The notes beneath the pieces were generated by a model, which made no database searches, was not told the origin of the DNA, and saw nothing but the letters and a program-made list of their open reading frames with translations. A stretch of 63,268 nucleotides of DNA, the filler included, from Syncephalis fuscata S228 (taxonomy: Eukaryota > Fungi > Zoopagomycota), in NCBI GenBank assembly GCA_025786725.1. It is 4 parts of 4 records of this genome, joined end to end, with 100 filler letters (N's around TTAATTAATTAA, not from the genome) between each part and the next. Parts side by side here need not be neighbours in the genome. Positions count along the whole stretch, not along the records: positions 1 to 20,367 come from JAHLTZ010000167.1; positions 20,468 to 32,241 come from JAHLTZ010000279.1; 2 more parts are not named here. One strand, 5' to 3'. The position numbers were made by a program, and so were the translations under genes. The number at the start of each line of letters is the position of its first letter. The stretch's first letter is position 1. Positions 11,245 to 27,882 of this stretch are shown piece by piece.

Positions 11245-13670
11245 ATGGCCAATACACGTACCAGCAAGGTAGGCGCAGTTGTAGTAATATATACAAAATG
11301 ACCATTACTGGAATAAGAATTAATGACTTCTGTAGCGTCAGAGCAAAATAGCCGAACATTTCGTTGATGTGGACATTATTGACATGCTAGAGGATGAGCT
11401 TGTACCGAGTTCGGGAGACGACTTTGTTGACAGTGCAATAACGACGACAACGAAAGATAGTGAAGATAATGAGAAAACGGCCACGGTCAAGGTATAATAC
11501 AACTACTTTGAGCTATTTAAAACGCGTATTTCCACTATTGTTATTATTACAACTAATCATCCATCTAAATAGAAAGTACCAAAGAAACGAGCAACTTCAG
11601 GCTATGAGCCGGCGGCTGTACGTAAACTGGCCCAAAAGTATCCTGACCAATATTGGCAACATCATGCTGAGAGTGATTCAGGTATGGTTAATTTTGTGGA
11701 TGAGCAAGAACAAGCTCTCTACTGCATCACTGAAGCTACAATTCATGACCAAGGTAAGATAATTGATATTAGTACGATAGTAACCATAATGCTAATACTA
11801 ATACTAATAATGGCTTATAAATCAATATTAGGTCCTATTACGGGTATGAAACTATCACCTGATGGCACTATGCTGGCAACATTCTGTAATGTTGGTTGTG
11901 TCAAACTATGGGATTTGGAGGACTGGCGTCTATTACGACATTTACGAGACACTGAGGTGATAAGTGGAGTTATAATATATTGAAAGTGATCTAATAACAT
12001 GTAATAACATATTAAACAATGGTAATAGGAACCCAATATAGATGAATTCTATGTAGGACAGTTTACACCCAACCAGGCACATCTTATTGTGGCAGGCAAA
12101 CTAAAGAACCGTGCATTTTGGTCTGAGACAGATGACGATAATCATATTATGTCGACACCCATTAAAGTACATACTAATAGGCAGTTAATTGAAATATCTA
12201 ATGATTGTATTAATGGTAATTAGATATTTGACATTGTATCAGGCCAGGTGGTAGTCAAATTGGAAGGACACGAAGAGGAGGTGATTTGTGTTAAATTGAT
12301 TGAATTTCAGGGTGACAATTATATTATATCGACAAGTCAAGATGGTTATATTATTAAATGGAAAATGGAAAAGGATTGGTGGTAAGTATGAGATGGTAGA
12401 GAATGTAAACTTGATTTATAATAACTAACCAATATGAATATATATAAATATATATATACAAATTATAGTACGGTAATAGAACATACTCAAATGAAGGATG
12501 GCATAACATGTATGGCATTCACCGTTTCGTTTTTACCACATACGGGCAACAAATACTTTTTAGCTGCTTGTGATGATGGTGTAAAATTATTTGATTTTGA
12601 GGCGGCACGGGTAAGTTAATGAGGGAGAGAGAGTTGATGGTAAGCTGTATATATGTTATTAATAGACAAAGAGTCGATCTATTTGAATCAGCGATAAATA
12701 TAAGGAAAAAGAATAAAAGACATGCTTATTGATGCTAGATTACGTATATATATATACATATACATATACATATAAATACATATAGGTTATTCAAACGTTC
12801 GATAATCTCTATTCATCCTATTGTGACTGTGGTAAATTTATTAATTGTGTCGATATGCCCTACGACGATACTGGTAAACGGCCATACGAGTATTTTATTA
12901 CACGAGGTGTAGAGCTATTAGATTCGGAGGACTGCACCCTGAGTACGTATGCCGCCGTGTCAATAGCACCGCTGACTCGATGCTATCCGTGTAGCCTCGC
13001 GACCCAACTCGGTAATTCTACATAAACTAGTGTATCCCACCACAAAGGGCGGCGTATTTAAATTGGTCGAAGAGAAGCGTTATCAACATGAAGAGTAGGA
13101 TGATATACCAACAATGAAAACAAGCTAGTAATAACGTCAATGCTTAGGTATCACTCGAATTCCTGGCTGGTCAAGACCTCTTCGAATGGCCGATTTATAC
13201 TAGCACCCACACTGAACGGACAGGTGTTTGTATTTGATATTCGATCTGGAAAGGTTTTGGCAGTGCTTAAAGACTGTGAAGGTAAGAATAATACAAATTG
13301 ATCGGTTCTCTTGATACTAGCCATTTATTAGAACGAGAGATGCGTGACGTGCTATTACATCCAACTCGACCGCTAATATTTACAAGCAGTGATGGTAAGT
13401 AGAACAATAAAGCGTTGTTATGGTACTTAATTCTATAACACTATATGGGATTATGTCATATGTTTAGATGGAACGGTTAAGGTTTATACGCAAAAAGATT
13501 CAATTATCAATGCTACAGATGCTGAAAAAGATGCATTAGCAGAGACGATGAAAAGCGTAAATATTAGTCAGGATACAAAAGCTAATGGCGCGGAAACATC
13601 GGTCGATATCGATGGCGATACAGGAACAGCAATGAGTGAAGACTCGGAACATAACATTAATGTCGTATAG
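11245..13670 (+). CDS. WD40-repeat protein, many short introns
   Basis: LSPDGTMLATFCNVGCVKLWD, LEGHEEEVICVK, STSQDGYIIKW, AACDDGVKLFD, SSDDGTVKVY segments; start codon is tentative. Confidence 0.82.
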
Positions 13671-13875
13671 CACGATACAAAAATTATTAATAAAATTAGT
13701 TTGTTGTTATTGCTATTAAAGGGTGCTTAAGATACACAAAGGGGAAATGATGTGGTGACCAAACACCGCGTAACTGTTCTCCTTTATTATTGTGAATGTA
13801 TTTTACATGTAGAACCAATACTTTTTTTTGTTAGATCGGATTGTTGTAAAAGTTAAAAATTAATCGTATTCAAAC

Positions 13876-14790
13876 ATGTGGACAATGATTCGGTCTTGTT
13901 TTATGCCATCGGAAACGTGTGAGCTAGCATTGGAACTTGGTCTGGAGGAACCTTTTGGACAACGACTAAAGCAGCACTTGATGCCATCATTGTTATGTTG
14001 TAGTTCAAATGTCGAAAATGAGGGGTATATCCAACTAACTTGTAACGATCAATATGAGTATGCCTACGATGAAGATCCAGTATTTGAGCGTTTTATAGCA
14101 TCGATGAATATAGATAGTAGTAATCATAGTAATAATAATAGCAGTAATGACAATAATAGTAGTAATGACAGTAACGACAACAACGATAATGAAGAAGATA
14201 ATGAAGCTAATACTAGCTATTATGGCAGTATTCTTTGTGGTCAATTATTTGGTTTATTAAGCACCGGCTGTTATAAAATACAACAGCGTAGATATAGAAG
14301 ATGTAATACTGAATTAGATCAAATATTTAATGAAGAAATAGACGTCATTGATAAAGAAGTCTGGCTACTGCTTAAGGAAGAAGAAGAAAATGAAAATCTT
14401 ATTAATACACCGCCTCAACTAAATCGACAGAATATGGATGACTTTCAATGTTGGCTGGACACTCAAGCCGTAGTAAGTGTAATTAGATTAGCATTTTATG
14501 TATACTTATTATTCTACAATAACAACAACAACAACAATAATAAGGACACCTGTCTTTCGGTAAAGCCATATAAAAGCAGTTCTAGATCATTCTCATTACC
14601 GTTATTATGTATGGAGAAACAACCAGATTTGATATCAAGTGATGCTAGCAGTATTAATATAACTAGTACAGATATCTGTTTAACTTCTACAACTAGTGTT
14701 TATAATAGAGAGTTTAGTCTAGATTCATTATCGCTAAAGAAAGTGGCTGATTTTCAAGTATTTTCAAATACTCTAAACACATCAACATGA
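13876..14790 (+). CDS. Hypothetical protein, Asn/Ser/acidic-rich, single exon
   Basis: 304-aa ORF in AT-rich DNA; no recognisable domain. Confidence 0.6.
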   Translation: MWTMIRSCFMPSETCELALELGLEEPFGQRLKQHLMPSLLCCSSNVENEGYIQLTCNDQYEYAYDEDPVFERFIASMNIDSSNHSNNNSSNDNNSSNDSNDNNDNEEDNEANTSYYGSILCGQLFGLLSTGCYKIQQRRYRRCNTELDQIFNEEIDVIDKEVWLLLKEEEENENLINTPPQLNRQNMDDFQCWLDTQAVVSVIRLAFYVYLLFYNNNNNNNNKDTCLSVKPYKSSSRSFSLPLLCMEKQPDLISSDASSINITSTDICLTSTTSVYNREFSLDSLSLKKVADFQVFSNTLNTST

Positions 14791-15017
14791 TATCAATGAT
14801 TAATTTATTGAATAATAGCAAATTATTAAATAAATAAACTAAATAAACTTCATATTGTTATGATAGTCTTTAAATACAGTAATAAAATGAATGTTATTAA
14901 TAACACAGCACGAATAAAGGTAAAGCATTGCTATTCCTTCATTTCTTTTGCAAAATACACATTTTGTTATTGTCTCATAATACAAATCCAATTTATAAAA
15001 ATGAATAATAAACGGAA

Positions 15018-17410
15018 TTAACGTCGGGCCGCTGCCTTTTCTTTCTTTGCTCGTTCCTTATCAATCTCGTGTACAGCCGGCAATGGTTGTAGACTAAAGT
15101 GCAAGTTAGATATACAGATATGGTCTTTTTACTACGAATCTTTCTTGTCCTACTTACCTTGATGGGTCAAGACTGCCGCGTTCATTAATAAAATAAGGCA
15201 AGCAAAGTGCATCCATGGCTGTGACACGTTTGGCCGGATCCAGTGCTAATAGCTGCTCAAGTAGCTCAAAGGCATCTTCTTGTGGTACACGCCATTTGGC
15301 TTTATTAATACCAGTGCCAGCTGCACGATTTCTACATTATTTAATTATTATCATTGGCATCGAATGCTTAGTATAATTATTTTATTAAAACTACATGTCG
15401 TAAACCTACCTTTCAATGATTAGTTTTTCAATCGATTTACGCATTTGCGGCTGCCCCTCCGACTGTGGCTTAAGTGATTTCCACAGTGGCAAGTGTTGCC
15501 AGCGTTGTTCCAATTCTTGATCCGGTGTACCGCGGTACGTCCATATCTTTGTGACTTGATCGGCATCGGTAATGCCTGGCATAAGTGCTTCACGTATCAT
15601 CATTTCGCCAAATACACAGCTAATTGATTGGTTAATTATGGTATTTACATGTTTGTAGAGTTATTATCTTTATGCCCACCCTACACTCCAAATATCAATT
15701 GCTCGGGTGTATTGATCATCGCCTAGAAACAGTTCTGGTGCTCGATACCACCGAGTAACGACCGACATCGTGTAGCGTCTATTATGCTCATCTGGATCTA
15801 CCGGCCGGGCAAGACCAAGATCGGCAATTTTAAGCTCTCCTTTACCGCTAATTAATAGATTGGCCGCTATTAAAACAATAAACAATATATTAATCTATCG
15901 ATTAGCTACCATTCCTATTGTTTGCCCTTTAGTAATACCTACTTTTTATGTCACGATGTATGATATTGTTCTACAATCGCGAAACACACTGATGAACTGT
16001 CTATAATGCTGTAGTAACAAATAAACTTACACAGTGTAAATAGGCAAGCCCTTCTAGTAGTTGTTTCATCAATATCTTTACATCCTGCTGCATCAGAATA
16101 AAGTTTTCGTTTGCTAGCACGCCGGCCAAGTCCGATTGCATGTATGGGAATGCCATGTAGTATATACTCTTCTCGTTCTTCATACGGTCACCTAATTATG
16201 GGTATTATAAGTAAGTACAACTTCAATCACATCCAAATAGGTTTTCTTTTCTTTTCTTTTAAACTAACCTCGCACAATAGCCATACCCAGTAATTCAATG
16301 ACATTCTTATGATTTAACGATTTAAGAATCTTGATTTCACGAATAGCCGTAATTGGCAACTAAATACAATTATGATTATTATACATTCTATCATTTAGAC
16401 TGTGATCTAGTCACAGTGAAACACGCACATCAGGTCGATTAATACCGTTATCGCGATCTATAATAATACGTTTAAGAGCCACTTCATCGCCTGTCTTTTT
16501 ATTACGACCCTGTAGTACCACACTATTAGTGTAATTAATAATTAGTTAGATGTTGCTTATTATTTATATCTAAAGTATCGGCTTACCCAAATGTACCAGC
16601 ACCCACGCGATTACTTTCAGTAAAATCAAAATCATCCACCGAAAATGCACCCATTAACGAAATATTACCAAACCGAGTCTTTGGTTTACGTATATTAGAT
16701 GTTTCAAGCGCTTTACGTGCTTCTTGAACTCGTGCATCAAGTAATTCGCCATCTCGTGCAATCGCTGCCTCTTGAAGATGACGAGCTCTTTTTCCATCTG
16801 AACGTTTTCCACTACCACCTGTACCTGGATCAACATCATTGGCCGTACGTTTTGCGCTCATTGATCGTGACCGTTGATCAGAACGCGACTCGAGATGTGC
16901 TGGTCCATTATGGCGATGTCCACTTCGATTAGCCGATGACGAATAGCCATGAGGACTAACAAGTCGTGAGTGACTATTACTGCCACCATTATTATTATAA
17001 CGATGGTGGTGATGATGGCTGTGGTCATTGGCACCGCCATTGTTGCTATGGTTGTTATAACGAGATCGTCCATAGCCTTCACGTTCATGGTTTATTTCTG
17101 AATGTGAACGTGACATTGAATTATAGCGTCGATCGCTATAGTGACCACCAGCGCTAAAATTGCCACTTGAGCGCGTACCAGACAAATGACCATCATCAGA
17201 TAGTGGTGGTGGCGGCGGTGGAGCACCACTTGGCGGCTTTGGAAACTCATCAGAGGGCATACACTCGCCTGGTTCCAGCTCGCCTTCTTCGCGATCTTCT
17301 TCACTTACTACCGATTGACTATCGGCAGTACTTAGAATCGATTTATCCTGCGCCGATGCAGCATCATCGCCTTCTACTGCGCTATTAACGGCAACTAAAG
17401 ACGATGACAT
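15018..17410 (-). CDS. BUR1: Transcriptional cyclin-dependent kinase, Bur1/CDK9-like, with a long disordered N-terminus
   Basis: [70 protein letters not shown]. Confidence 0.85.
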
Positions 17411-18056
17411 GCTATGGATGATTGAGTAATTCTGTATTGATCTAGTTGGATTTGAATAAGATCAAATCAGTCCCGTGTCCGTCTATCTATTATATGTCAG
17501 TGTAGAAAAGGCAATCTGGCACTAGAAGTACTTTTGAATAACCGTTGACTAATAACGTAGCACTAGATAAAGAAGAAGAAAGAAGAATAAGAGTAATAGA
17601 TAGATCGATCAAGATTGATAGATAGAGGAAGAAAGCAAGCAAGCAAGTAGACGAGATGTCACAGTGATTATTACCCACACACACACACACACACACCCAG
17701 ATGAATAAAAAGTAATTATTGGGGGATATTAATAGTAATAGGAACAATAATAAAGATTATTGATGGATTAACAATGTTCATTTCGGTGTTTAATTTCACT
17801 TGGCGGCAATATCTCGAACGTCAACATTGGTGGCTATTTTTTACTCTCTTTCTTTCTTGATTCATTTTCTCTCTTTACCGTAAGCTCTTCTTCCACTCTT
17901 CCACTCGATCTCTTACTGGCCAATTAGGCACGTGTGTACAGGTAAATAATATCTGTTGTTCTTATTATTACTATTGTTATGTTGACTCGTTTTGCTGACT
18001 CTTTTCTATACACGTTTAACTAGCCTGTCGATTGATTATAACCAACCACTTTTACA

Positions 18057-20367
<2,311 letters not shown>

Positions 20368-20467
20368 NNNNNNNNNNNNNNNNNNNNNNNNNNNNNNNNN
20401 NNNNNNNNNNNTTAATTAATTAANNNNNNNNNNNNNNNNNNNNNNNNNNNNNNNNNNNNNNNNNNNN
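20368..20467. other. Artificial contig linker
   Basis: N44-TTAATTAATTAA-N44, with stops in all six frames; ProRS is cut here and does not resume. Confidence 0.97.
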
Positions 20468-22203
20468 TAATAGTTTACTATGCAATTTATGACTAAAGCT
20501 ATGTACCAGTAAATAAAAAATACCACAACAAATGTAATGTTAATGTATTTGTAAATAAAAATAAATTTTTATTTATTTTACTGATAGCATGCTCTAAGTT
20601 AATGAGTGTTTTTTGAGTGTAAATGACTTTATTCTTAATGCATTTATTTATTTACTATCAATCTGTTCTATGATGTACCGACATGTTGGGTAGATTGACT
20701 TTTATTATTTCACATTGCATTTATTAATAAATTAAACTCGGCTGTTTATAAATATTGACTGACAGGCTCACATCTCACAATCTACGTCATCGCATTTCCT
20801 TTCTTTTCTTCACACTTGATAGCATATATCCATTGCATATAATTGTATACTCCATATATGCTAACTAGATAGCGTTAGTAGTTGACTGACTACTAGTTAG
20901 GTACACACACTATTTACACTATGTACTTGCATTGCTCTTTTGTAATCTGACCTTTTTTACAAACAACTTTTTTACTTCAATCATTGGTGTTAGCACCTGT
21001 ATTGGCATAGTAAGTACATCTCTGGTTTGTTTTATGCTATATTGGGTATATACTGTTAAAATCACGTTGTATGCTTTGTTGTTTGCTGTAGATTACTGCA
21101 GATCTATATTAAAACAAAGTACACAGTGACTTTGGCAGCATATAGCCAACACAGCCACTGTGTACAGCTGCTATACACATACAGCAATACTAATATTGAA
21201 GGTACTGCTAGTATAGTCGTTGAACAAGTCTTTAGCGTCAATACAGTAGTACGATCTGCTACTATTGCTACTACTGTATATGTATAGTTGCCAGCACAAT
21301 AACTGTATTGGCTATACTTGCTGTTACTTTTTTACTGATAAAATGTTATATAAGAGTATGCGAATATAATGGTAATGATATACGGTAAATAGAAGATATA
21401 TGCATACTGGATAATAAATCTATGCTGATGAATATTTTAAATTTTAATGTCGTTCACCATCCAGTTCGATGTTCAATAGAAATAATGTATAGTTTAGTCA
21501 ATTGATCACCAAATCACAATAATTGTTAATGAAATGTCTATTATTAATGAATCAACAATAACATAAAATAATTAAAAAACAACAAAATAAATAAATTATA
21601 GATATTATTTTAAAACGAATAATATGGTTGAGGATGTATTAAAATCAACTAATTATAAAATGTCAATAATTGCAAAAAGAAAAATCTTTATTTAGTTAAT
21701 GATAAAAATAATATAATGTATAATAATAAAAATATGAAGGTCAACGCCTAAGTAAAGATACAATGCATAGCGTACTTATTTGTCGAGATAATAGTTGTTG
21801 TATGGTATAGCAATGCGGTGTTAATATTAGTAGGAACATGTACAATCTATCCGGTATAATGACAAGTAGTCTACCAAGGCATATTACCTTGTTGCTGCCT
21901 TGTGCACCAGTAAAATAATAATTTGTGCTTTCCAGTATTAAAGATTAAAATGATTATATGTATATATCAATGCCACACTAGTAATACAACAACGTATAAA
22001 GTACGATCCTACTCATTGTAAAGTATCATTGTCAAATTTAAAACAAAAGTTACAATTACAATACGCTTGGATAGTAATTGCACATTTTGTATCGCAAAAA
22101 ACTCTCTTCTGTATCCACGATAAGAAACTGTGTGCATAATAGAGTTGATAAGTGAAATATAATAAACAGCTTGCAAACATCGCGTGTCTTCAGTGAAATC
22201 ATT

Positions 22204-23781
22204 CTACTTAGAAATGACCGTTGTGCGATCAAAGGCATTGATATTCTTGTGTGCTACAATCTGATAGCAACCGGCGGTGCCTTGTCGTAGTGCAATCGAT
22301 GTCCAGGCAAGATAGGCAGCCCATACACGCCAATGACGTTTTCCATAAGTCGCCACCATCGATTGCTCATTGTCTTCCCAGTTATCATACCAAAGCTCAT
22401 AAGTTGTTGCAGCATGTGAGCTTAAGTTTTCTATGCTTGCTATTTCAAATCCGGCTTGTTCTAACATTTTGAGATATCGGCAGAGTGGAAGACGTGTCTC
22501 AATGCCAGGAGTTATGTATTTGTCCACAAATAGATTCCAGTTAATATCCTCTAATTGCCATGCGGCACGGGTAGTATCGACTTGTAATAAAATAATGCCG
22601 TCGTCTTTTAAAAAACGATAGATATGATTTAAAAATTGTGGAAGCTGGTGTACGCTTAAAAGTTCGTGTTGCCCAATGCATGTAATGGCGTCATATTGAT
22701 TATCCGGTATGTCGCGATAATCAAGGCAAAGAAAATGAGTCTGGTTTTTTGGCAGATTCATTTGATTAGCTTTTTCCATACCGCGAAGAATACGGTCAGG
22801 ATCAGCTGCTATTCCTGTCGATGCAGTTCCATATTGTTCCACAGCGTGACAAACAAGCTGGCCATAGCCGCATCCAATATCAAGATGACTTTTACCAGAA
22901 GAAAGACAAGCTGCTTTGCAGATTGCATCCAATGCACGTTGTTGTATTTCCGTAAGTGTATTGGGCTTTTGTGGATCTACTATGCCACATGCTTGCCGCA
23001 TGGAACTGCCCATAAATGCCCGGCACAATTCTTCATTGTGCAATTCGAATGGCTGAAATCGATCGTTGGATAATACTTTACCGCCAAAAGGTAGAACAGA
23101 CATCCAGTGTTCAAGTAGTATTGCTACATAGTCCAGGGATAGACCAAAGGTGGCCCAATTGCTTCGTGATACAAAAACATCGTGAATGGATTGGTTGTTG
23201 GAAGTGTTGGCTTCATTGGCTATATAGGCATCGAGAAATGTGAGTAGCGGCACTCGTCGTTCGCTGTACAGGTTTTGAAAATGTTTTTTCTCAAAGCTAA
23301 CATAGTCGCAAGAAGCATTGTCAAGGCTTGCTGATGTCGCCATCCATTGTGGTGTTATGAAATGACTGAAGAAGATGAAATAGGCAATAAATAGTGGAAT
23401 TGACAAAATAGCACTCAGCGGCAATAGTAGCCAAAGACTCAGTCCCATGCGTAGTGTTTGATAGGCCGTAATTCCAAAAATAACTAATCCAAGCAATGTG
23501 TAGGAAAACTCTTTGTGGCCAATACCATCAGCAGTATTTCGAGTTTTGCGAATATTTCTTAGACGCAGCAAAATTCGCTTTTGCATTGATTCTGCCAATA
23601 AAACAGCTGTATCGTTTTTTTCTACCAAGGATGACGATGATTCATCACTGGTACCGTCCACAATGCCTTCATCCCACTCTATAGAGGCGGTATCAGTGTT
23701 GCGTTCATTATTATCTGTAGATACGTGGGAATAATCGGAATCGACATCAGCCGAGCGACTGTATGTCATGCTGCTAGCCAT
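22204..23781 (-). CDS. Cyclopropane-fatty-acid-synthase family SAM methyltransferase, divergent sphingolipid C9-methyltransferase-like
   Basis: Two N-terminal TM segments, LDIGCGYGQL SAM motif, LCLDYRDIP, FVDKYITPG, YGKRHWRVW..YLAW..IALRQGTAGCYQIVAHKN. Confidence 0.85.
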   Translation of the reverse strand: MASSMTYSRSADVDSDYSHVSTDNNERNTDTASIEWDEGIVDGTSDESSSSLVEKNDTAVLLAESMQKRILLRLRNIRKTRNTADGIGHKEFSYTLLGLVIFGITAYQTLRMGLSLWLLLPLSAILSIPLFIAYFIFFSHFITPQWMATSASLDNASCDYVSFEKKHFQNLYSERRVPLLTFLDAYIANEANTSNNQSIHDVFVSRSNWATFGLSLDYVAILLEHWMSVLPFGGKVLSNDRFQPFELHNEELCRAFMGSSMRQACGIVDPQKPNTLTEIQQRALDAICKAACLSSGKSHLDIGCGYGQLVCHAVEQYGTASTGIAADPDRILRGMEKANQMNLPKNQTHFLCLDYRDIPDNQYDAITCIGQHELLSVHQLPQFLNHIYRFLKDDGIILLQVDTTRAAWQLEDINWNLFVDKYITPGIETRLPLCRYLKMLEQAGFEIASIENLSSHAATTYELWYDNWEDNEQSMVATYGKRHWRVWAAYLAWTSIALRQGTAGCYQIVAHKNINAFDRTTVISK

Positions 23782-25093
23782 GCTAACTAGTCTGCCGATA
23801 CTATCTATATTTCTTGTTTAACAGCAAAAAATAAAGTCTGTCTTTTACACTGGCACAAATAAAGGTCTAAAATACGCAAGTTTCGAGTGTACAACGGTAA
23901 AACATGGAAACTGAGAAAAGGAGGCGAGTGCGCGATGGCCAGTCAATAAAATACTCGTTTCTCTCATCATGTGGCAGCACAGGGCCAGAGGAAAACAATG
24001 AGATTCTATATCTGCATCACCACTGATGCAGCAATGTCATTGGTGCATTTGCACCTTTGACGGTACACGCATTATCATTGGTATATATATGTGTGTGTGA
24101 TTGGGGCATGCTATAAATCGTGTCATGCGAATGCGATGACAAGTGTTGTAGCAACTGTTGATAAAAATGCTTGCTATTCTGATATCATCATTAACGAATT
24201 CAATTAACGGTGCTGGATAAACAAACAGCCATACAACAATATGTGGCAAATAGATGTAAAGCTTCACAGAACACTCAACGCTTGCATTGTATGCATGCAG
24301 CTGCAATTCCATTCAATTGATTTGACAACTGGTATAGACAAGCTATCTGGGCCTCTTTGCCTACATCCTTGCTGAATATTCAGATGTAGATTTCAGGAGA
24401 TAGTATAAAATTTGGATATAGATTCAGTAGAAAAGGCAAAGCTTTTACAGCTTGGTACTACTTGTACTATTTCAAAACTAATTACTACATTGGTATAATT
24501 TGGCAACTAACCATCCAGAATTTATTGGCTATGATATAGCGTGAAGATGCCATGAAAGAATAAAAATAAAAACTGTGAACATTACTGATCATTTGTAGAA
24601 TTAAAAGAAATTTTCGTTAAAAACGCCGTGCAAAATAAAGTTACAAACGGCAATTCGGTAGCAGGAATGCGGCTAAGTTTGAACATTACTTATGAAAGTG
24701 GATAGTTTTAGTGGCATTGGATCAAGATAATAGCAAGTTTAAAACAAAAAAGTCCACAATAGGCACGAGTGTTCGATAGCAGTAGCAAATGTATCCGAAT
24801 AAGCCAATAGACTCATTGGAACTTACAATATAATTATTATATAGAAATAATAAGCGTGTAAAGATTTTTTTAGATGGCGAACAATAAAATGTGTGTAGTA
24901 TAGACGTACAGGGAAACATAATGAGGAAACAAGTCAAGTAGATAAGAATAAAAACAAAGAAATGAAGGTTCTCTTAAGTTGAGAGAGATGTGTCGATAAA
25001 AATACGGAATAAAGTTCATTGGATTAGCGCTAAAGACGGTTGAATCGCCAGATTGAAACTTGCCAAATAAAGCCTTATCAGACCAGGTTTTAG

Positions 25094-25546
25094 TCAGTAC
25101 CCTATAAAATTTAAGTTAGAAGGTAAATATTTATGTCTCAATGACTGCATACCAGCTGGTAATGAGGCAACGGGCAAGTATCGTGGCCTTGAAGGATGAG
25201 TCGGTAGAACTGATGCTCCCGGCAACATTGGTGGTAATTTTGAGTAGTGAGAGCGACGGATAGGCAATGCTTCTTTGTTGCTAGAAGGCGGTTCAAGTTG
25301 TGGGACTACGACATGAGTTTGCATTGCAATACTATTGATAGGCCGGATAGATGAAACATGCACTTGGCATGTACATTGGGGGCCTGAGCTACACGAATCA
25401 TTATAATTTTCCGTACTATACGATAGGTAACACAAAGGTAGGTAGTCTTCAATTTCTTTGTGGAAATGCGGCGTCGACGACAGCATACTATTTGACAGAT
25501 TACTAAAAACAATGGCAGGTAAAGGAGTTAGAGAGCAGGCACGCAT
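25094..25546 (-). CDS. Hypothetical Pro/Ser-rich protein
   Basis: 150-aa ORF with higher GC than its flanks and a plausible intron near the 3' end; no homology recognised. Confidence 0.3.
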   Translation of the reverse strand: MRACSLTPLPAIVFSNLSNSMLSSTPHFHKEIEDYLPLCYLSYSTENYNDSCSSGPQCTCQVHVSSIRPINSIAMQTHVVVPQLEPPSSNKEALPIRRSHYSKLPPMLPGASVLPTHPSRPRYLPVASLPAGMQSLRHKYLPSNLNFIGY

Positions 25547-27882
25547 GATAATATTGCTGATATTGGTATAGCTTAAAACGAACGCAGATAAAATTAGACA
25601 CAGAAAACTTATAGCTTATACAGAGATAGTGTACAAACGACAAGTGCGTTACTGTGTGAGGATAGCTGGAATAGTGGAGGCAATGTTGTGATGGGATAGA
25701 TGAAGACAAGTAAATTTATATACATATATATATATAGTAACTGGAAACTGGCTGGGAAAAGAGTACGGTTGTACTTGAACGTGGCAATAGAGATGCATAA
25801 GCAGATATGCATTGCAAATGGGAAAAATTTGGTGTATCATTGGCATCCCAGTAATGCAGCGGAACAGCATAGCTGTTGCATCTACAAAGGACTATATGCA
25901 TATTCAGCTAATAAAAATACTTACAAAGCTCCGGTATTAAATTGGGTGCGTGCAGCAGTAGTGTTTTGAGCAGACATAGATGTGAAGGCAACGACAAATG
26001 ATCTGTGGTAGCGTATAACTGTTGTTTTGGATTGTAATTAGTAAATAGTAAAGACTAGTTGGGGGGTTGCTAAAAAGGGCAGTTATTGCAAAGGCTAGAA
26101 TAATAAATAAACAAATTATCATGATGTTAGTATGTAAATACGTACAACGGGGTTTAAACGTAATCAAAAGCACAATGAACACGCTTTGACATGTCACGTT
26201 GTCGTTCTACGTGAATAGCATTTCACGAGACTATCAGCGTGCTTTTTGAAAATAAATTGAGCAATCTACAAAGGTGTAATACTAAAATAGCGATTTTAGT
26301 AGCACGTTGTTAGAAGAAAAATACGCTAAAGCAAGAGCTGTGTGTACACGCAAGGTAAACGAAATGCAATGTGACTGCAGAGACGTGTTGAAAATCGACG
26401 CAGATAGCCATGCTGGATGGCAGCAAGTACTAAAAAATCTGCTCATTTACATCTGCGATAAGGTCATCATGGCTATTTATAGAAGCAGTGTATGATTTGA
26501 TAATATTAAACACGTAATAAGCACTAATTCATTTTGTATATAATTGATAATATGGACACTAATAGAATTTTCGATATTTAGTAGCACTGGTTGTTGATCA
26601 ATTTTGCAAAGCTGACCAAATGCCACTGGTTAATGCATAATCAAACGACGCCATCTATTTTCCTTTGCATGCTCGCAATTGTGACCGATTCACAAGTTGC
26701 AAGGATAAAGGTATACACAGGGAAAAGTCACATGCTGCTTCTCGCCGATAGATAGCAGCGATGGCAGACAAATGCTCGTGTGCATGCTATTGAATAATAG
26801 TTTTCACCATCTCTGAGACACATGACTTGTGTGCATGCATATCGTCTGCGTAAGGATGTTTTTCTACAAAGTGCGCTTTGCTCAGCTAAAAAGGGGTCAT
26901 GCGTACAGTGTAATTAGTTAATGCAACGCTACTGAGCAGTGAAACCAATTCAGCAGTTTTGAAAAGGGGCATTTCTATTCTACAGACAGCCCATTAGAAA
27001 TGAATAGCATGCAGTACGACCAACGCAATTTAGACTAGAGTGAACTAGCGTGGATAATTGCTAAATCAAAGCTGAGATTCAATAAAATTACCCATGGTAG
27101 ATACCCAGCAACACCAAAAATAGCATAATACAATAATGAAATTATGAAAGTATGAAGGTATAAAAAATAATGAAAGTTACTAACTGTTTATGGCGCGCCG
27201 AAACTAATAAACTTGAAAATTTAGTGGAATGTATTAATAGAATTATGAATTAAAAGCAAGATTGTTTGATTTGAATATTAGTCAAAAAGTGGTGAAGTGT
27301 GGCATTTTTCACTGCCACCCGACTGTTGTTAGTATTTATTTTTATGTATGGCCTGGATAACCTATCAGCCTGCGTGTATTTGTCAGACAATGCATGCTAC
27401 AAGCAGAACTGCATGTATACCGTTGTTTTTTGCGTAAAATGGCGCAAACTCGTTTCCTATGCAATCGCAATTGACTGATTAGTAGGAATATACAGGTACC
27501 TACAAAGTAATACAACAAGGCTACAGCGATGTATGGATGAAAGAACCGGTATTTTATGCATTCAATCAGTACTATACCAATCAAATACTTGGTAATTAAG
27601 CATGCAGATTATATTATCGCCGAAAAACAAAAATTGAACCGTCTTGGCCAAGGTGATATTGTCATAGCTATTTTATTCGAGAATGCAAAACAAGTTTAAA
27701 CTACCCCCATTAGGCCAAATCTGGATCTTTTACTTGAAAATTACCGTGATGTTATAGTTTAGCCAATGATAATTTAGACATTGCATAAGGATAATATAAT
27801 TCGTTGTTTCAAAGTTTCAATTATCGGTGCTTTAATGAAATTAGTATAATTATATCAAAATTGACTAATTGAATTAACTTTA

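Noticed and set aside
20412-20423. TTAATTAATTAA motif within N runs (also at 32286 and 52763)
   Set aside because: It is an artificial six-frame-stop linker, not biology.
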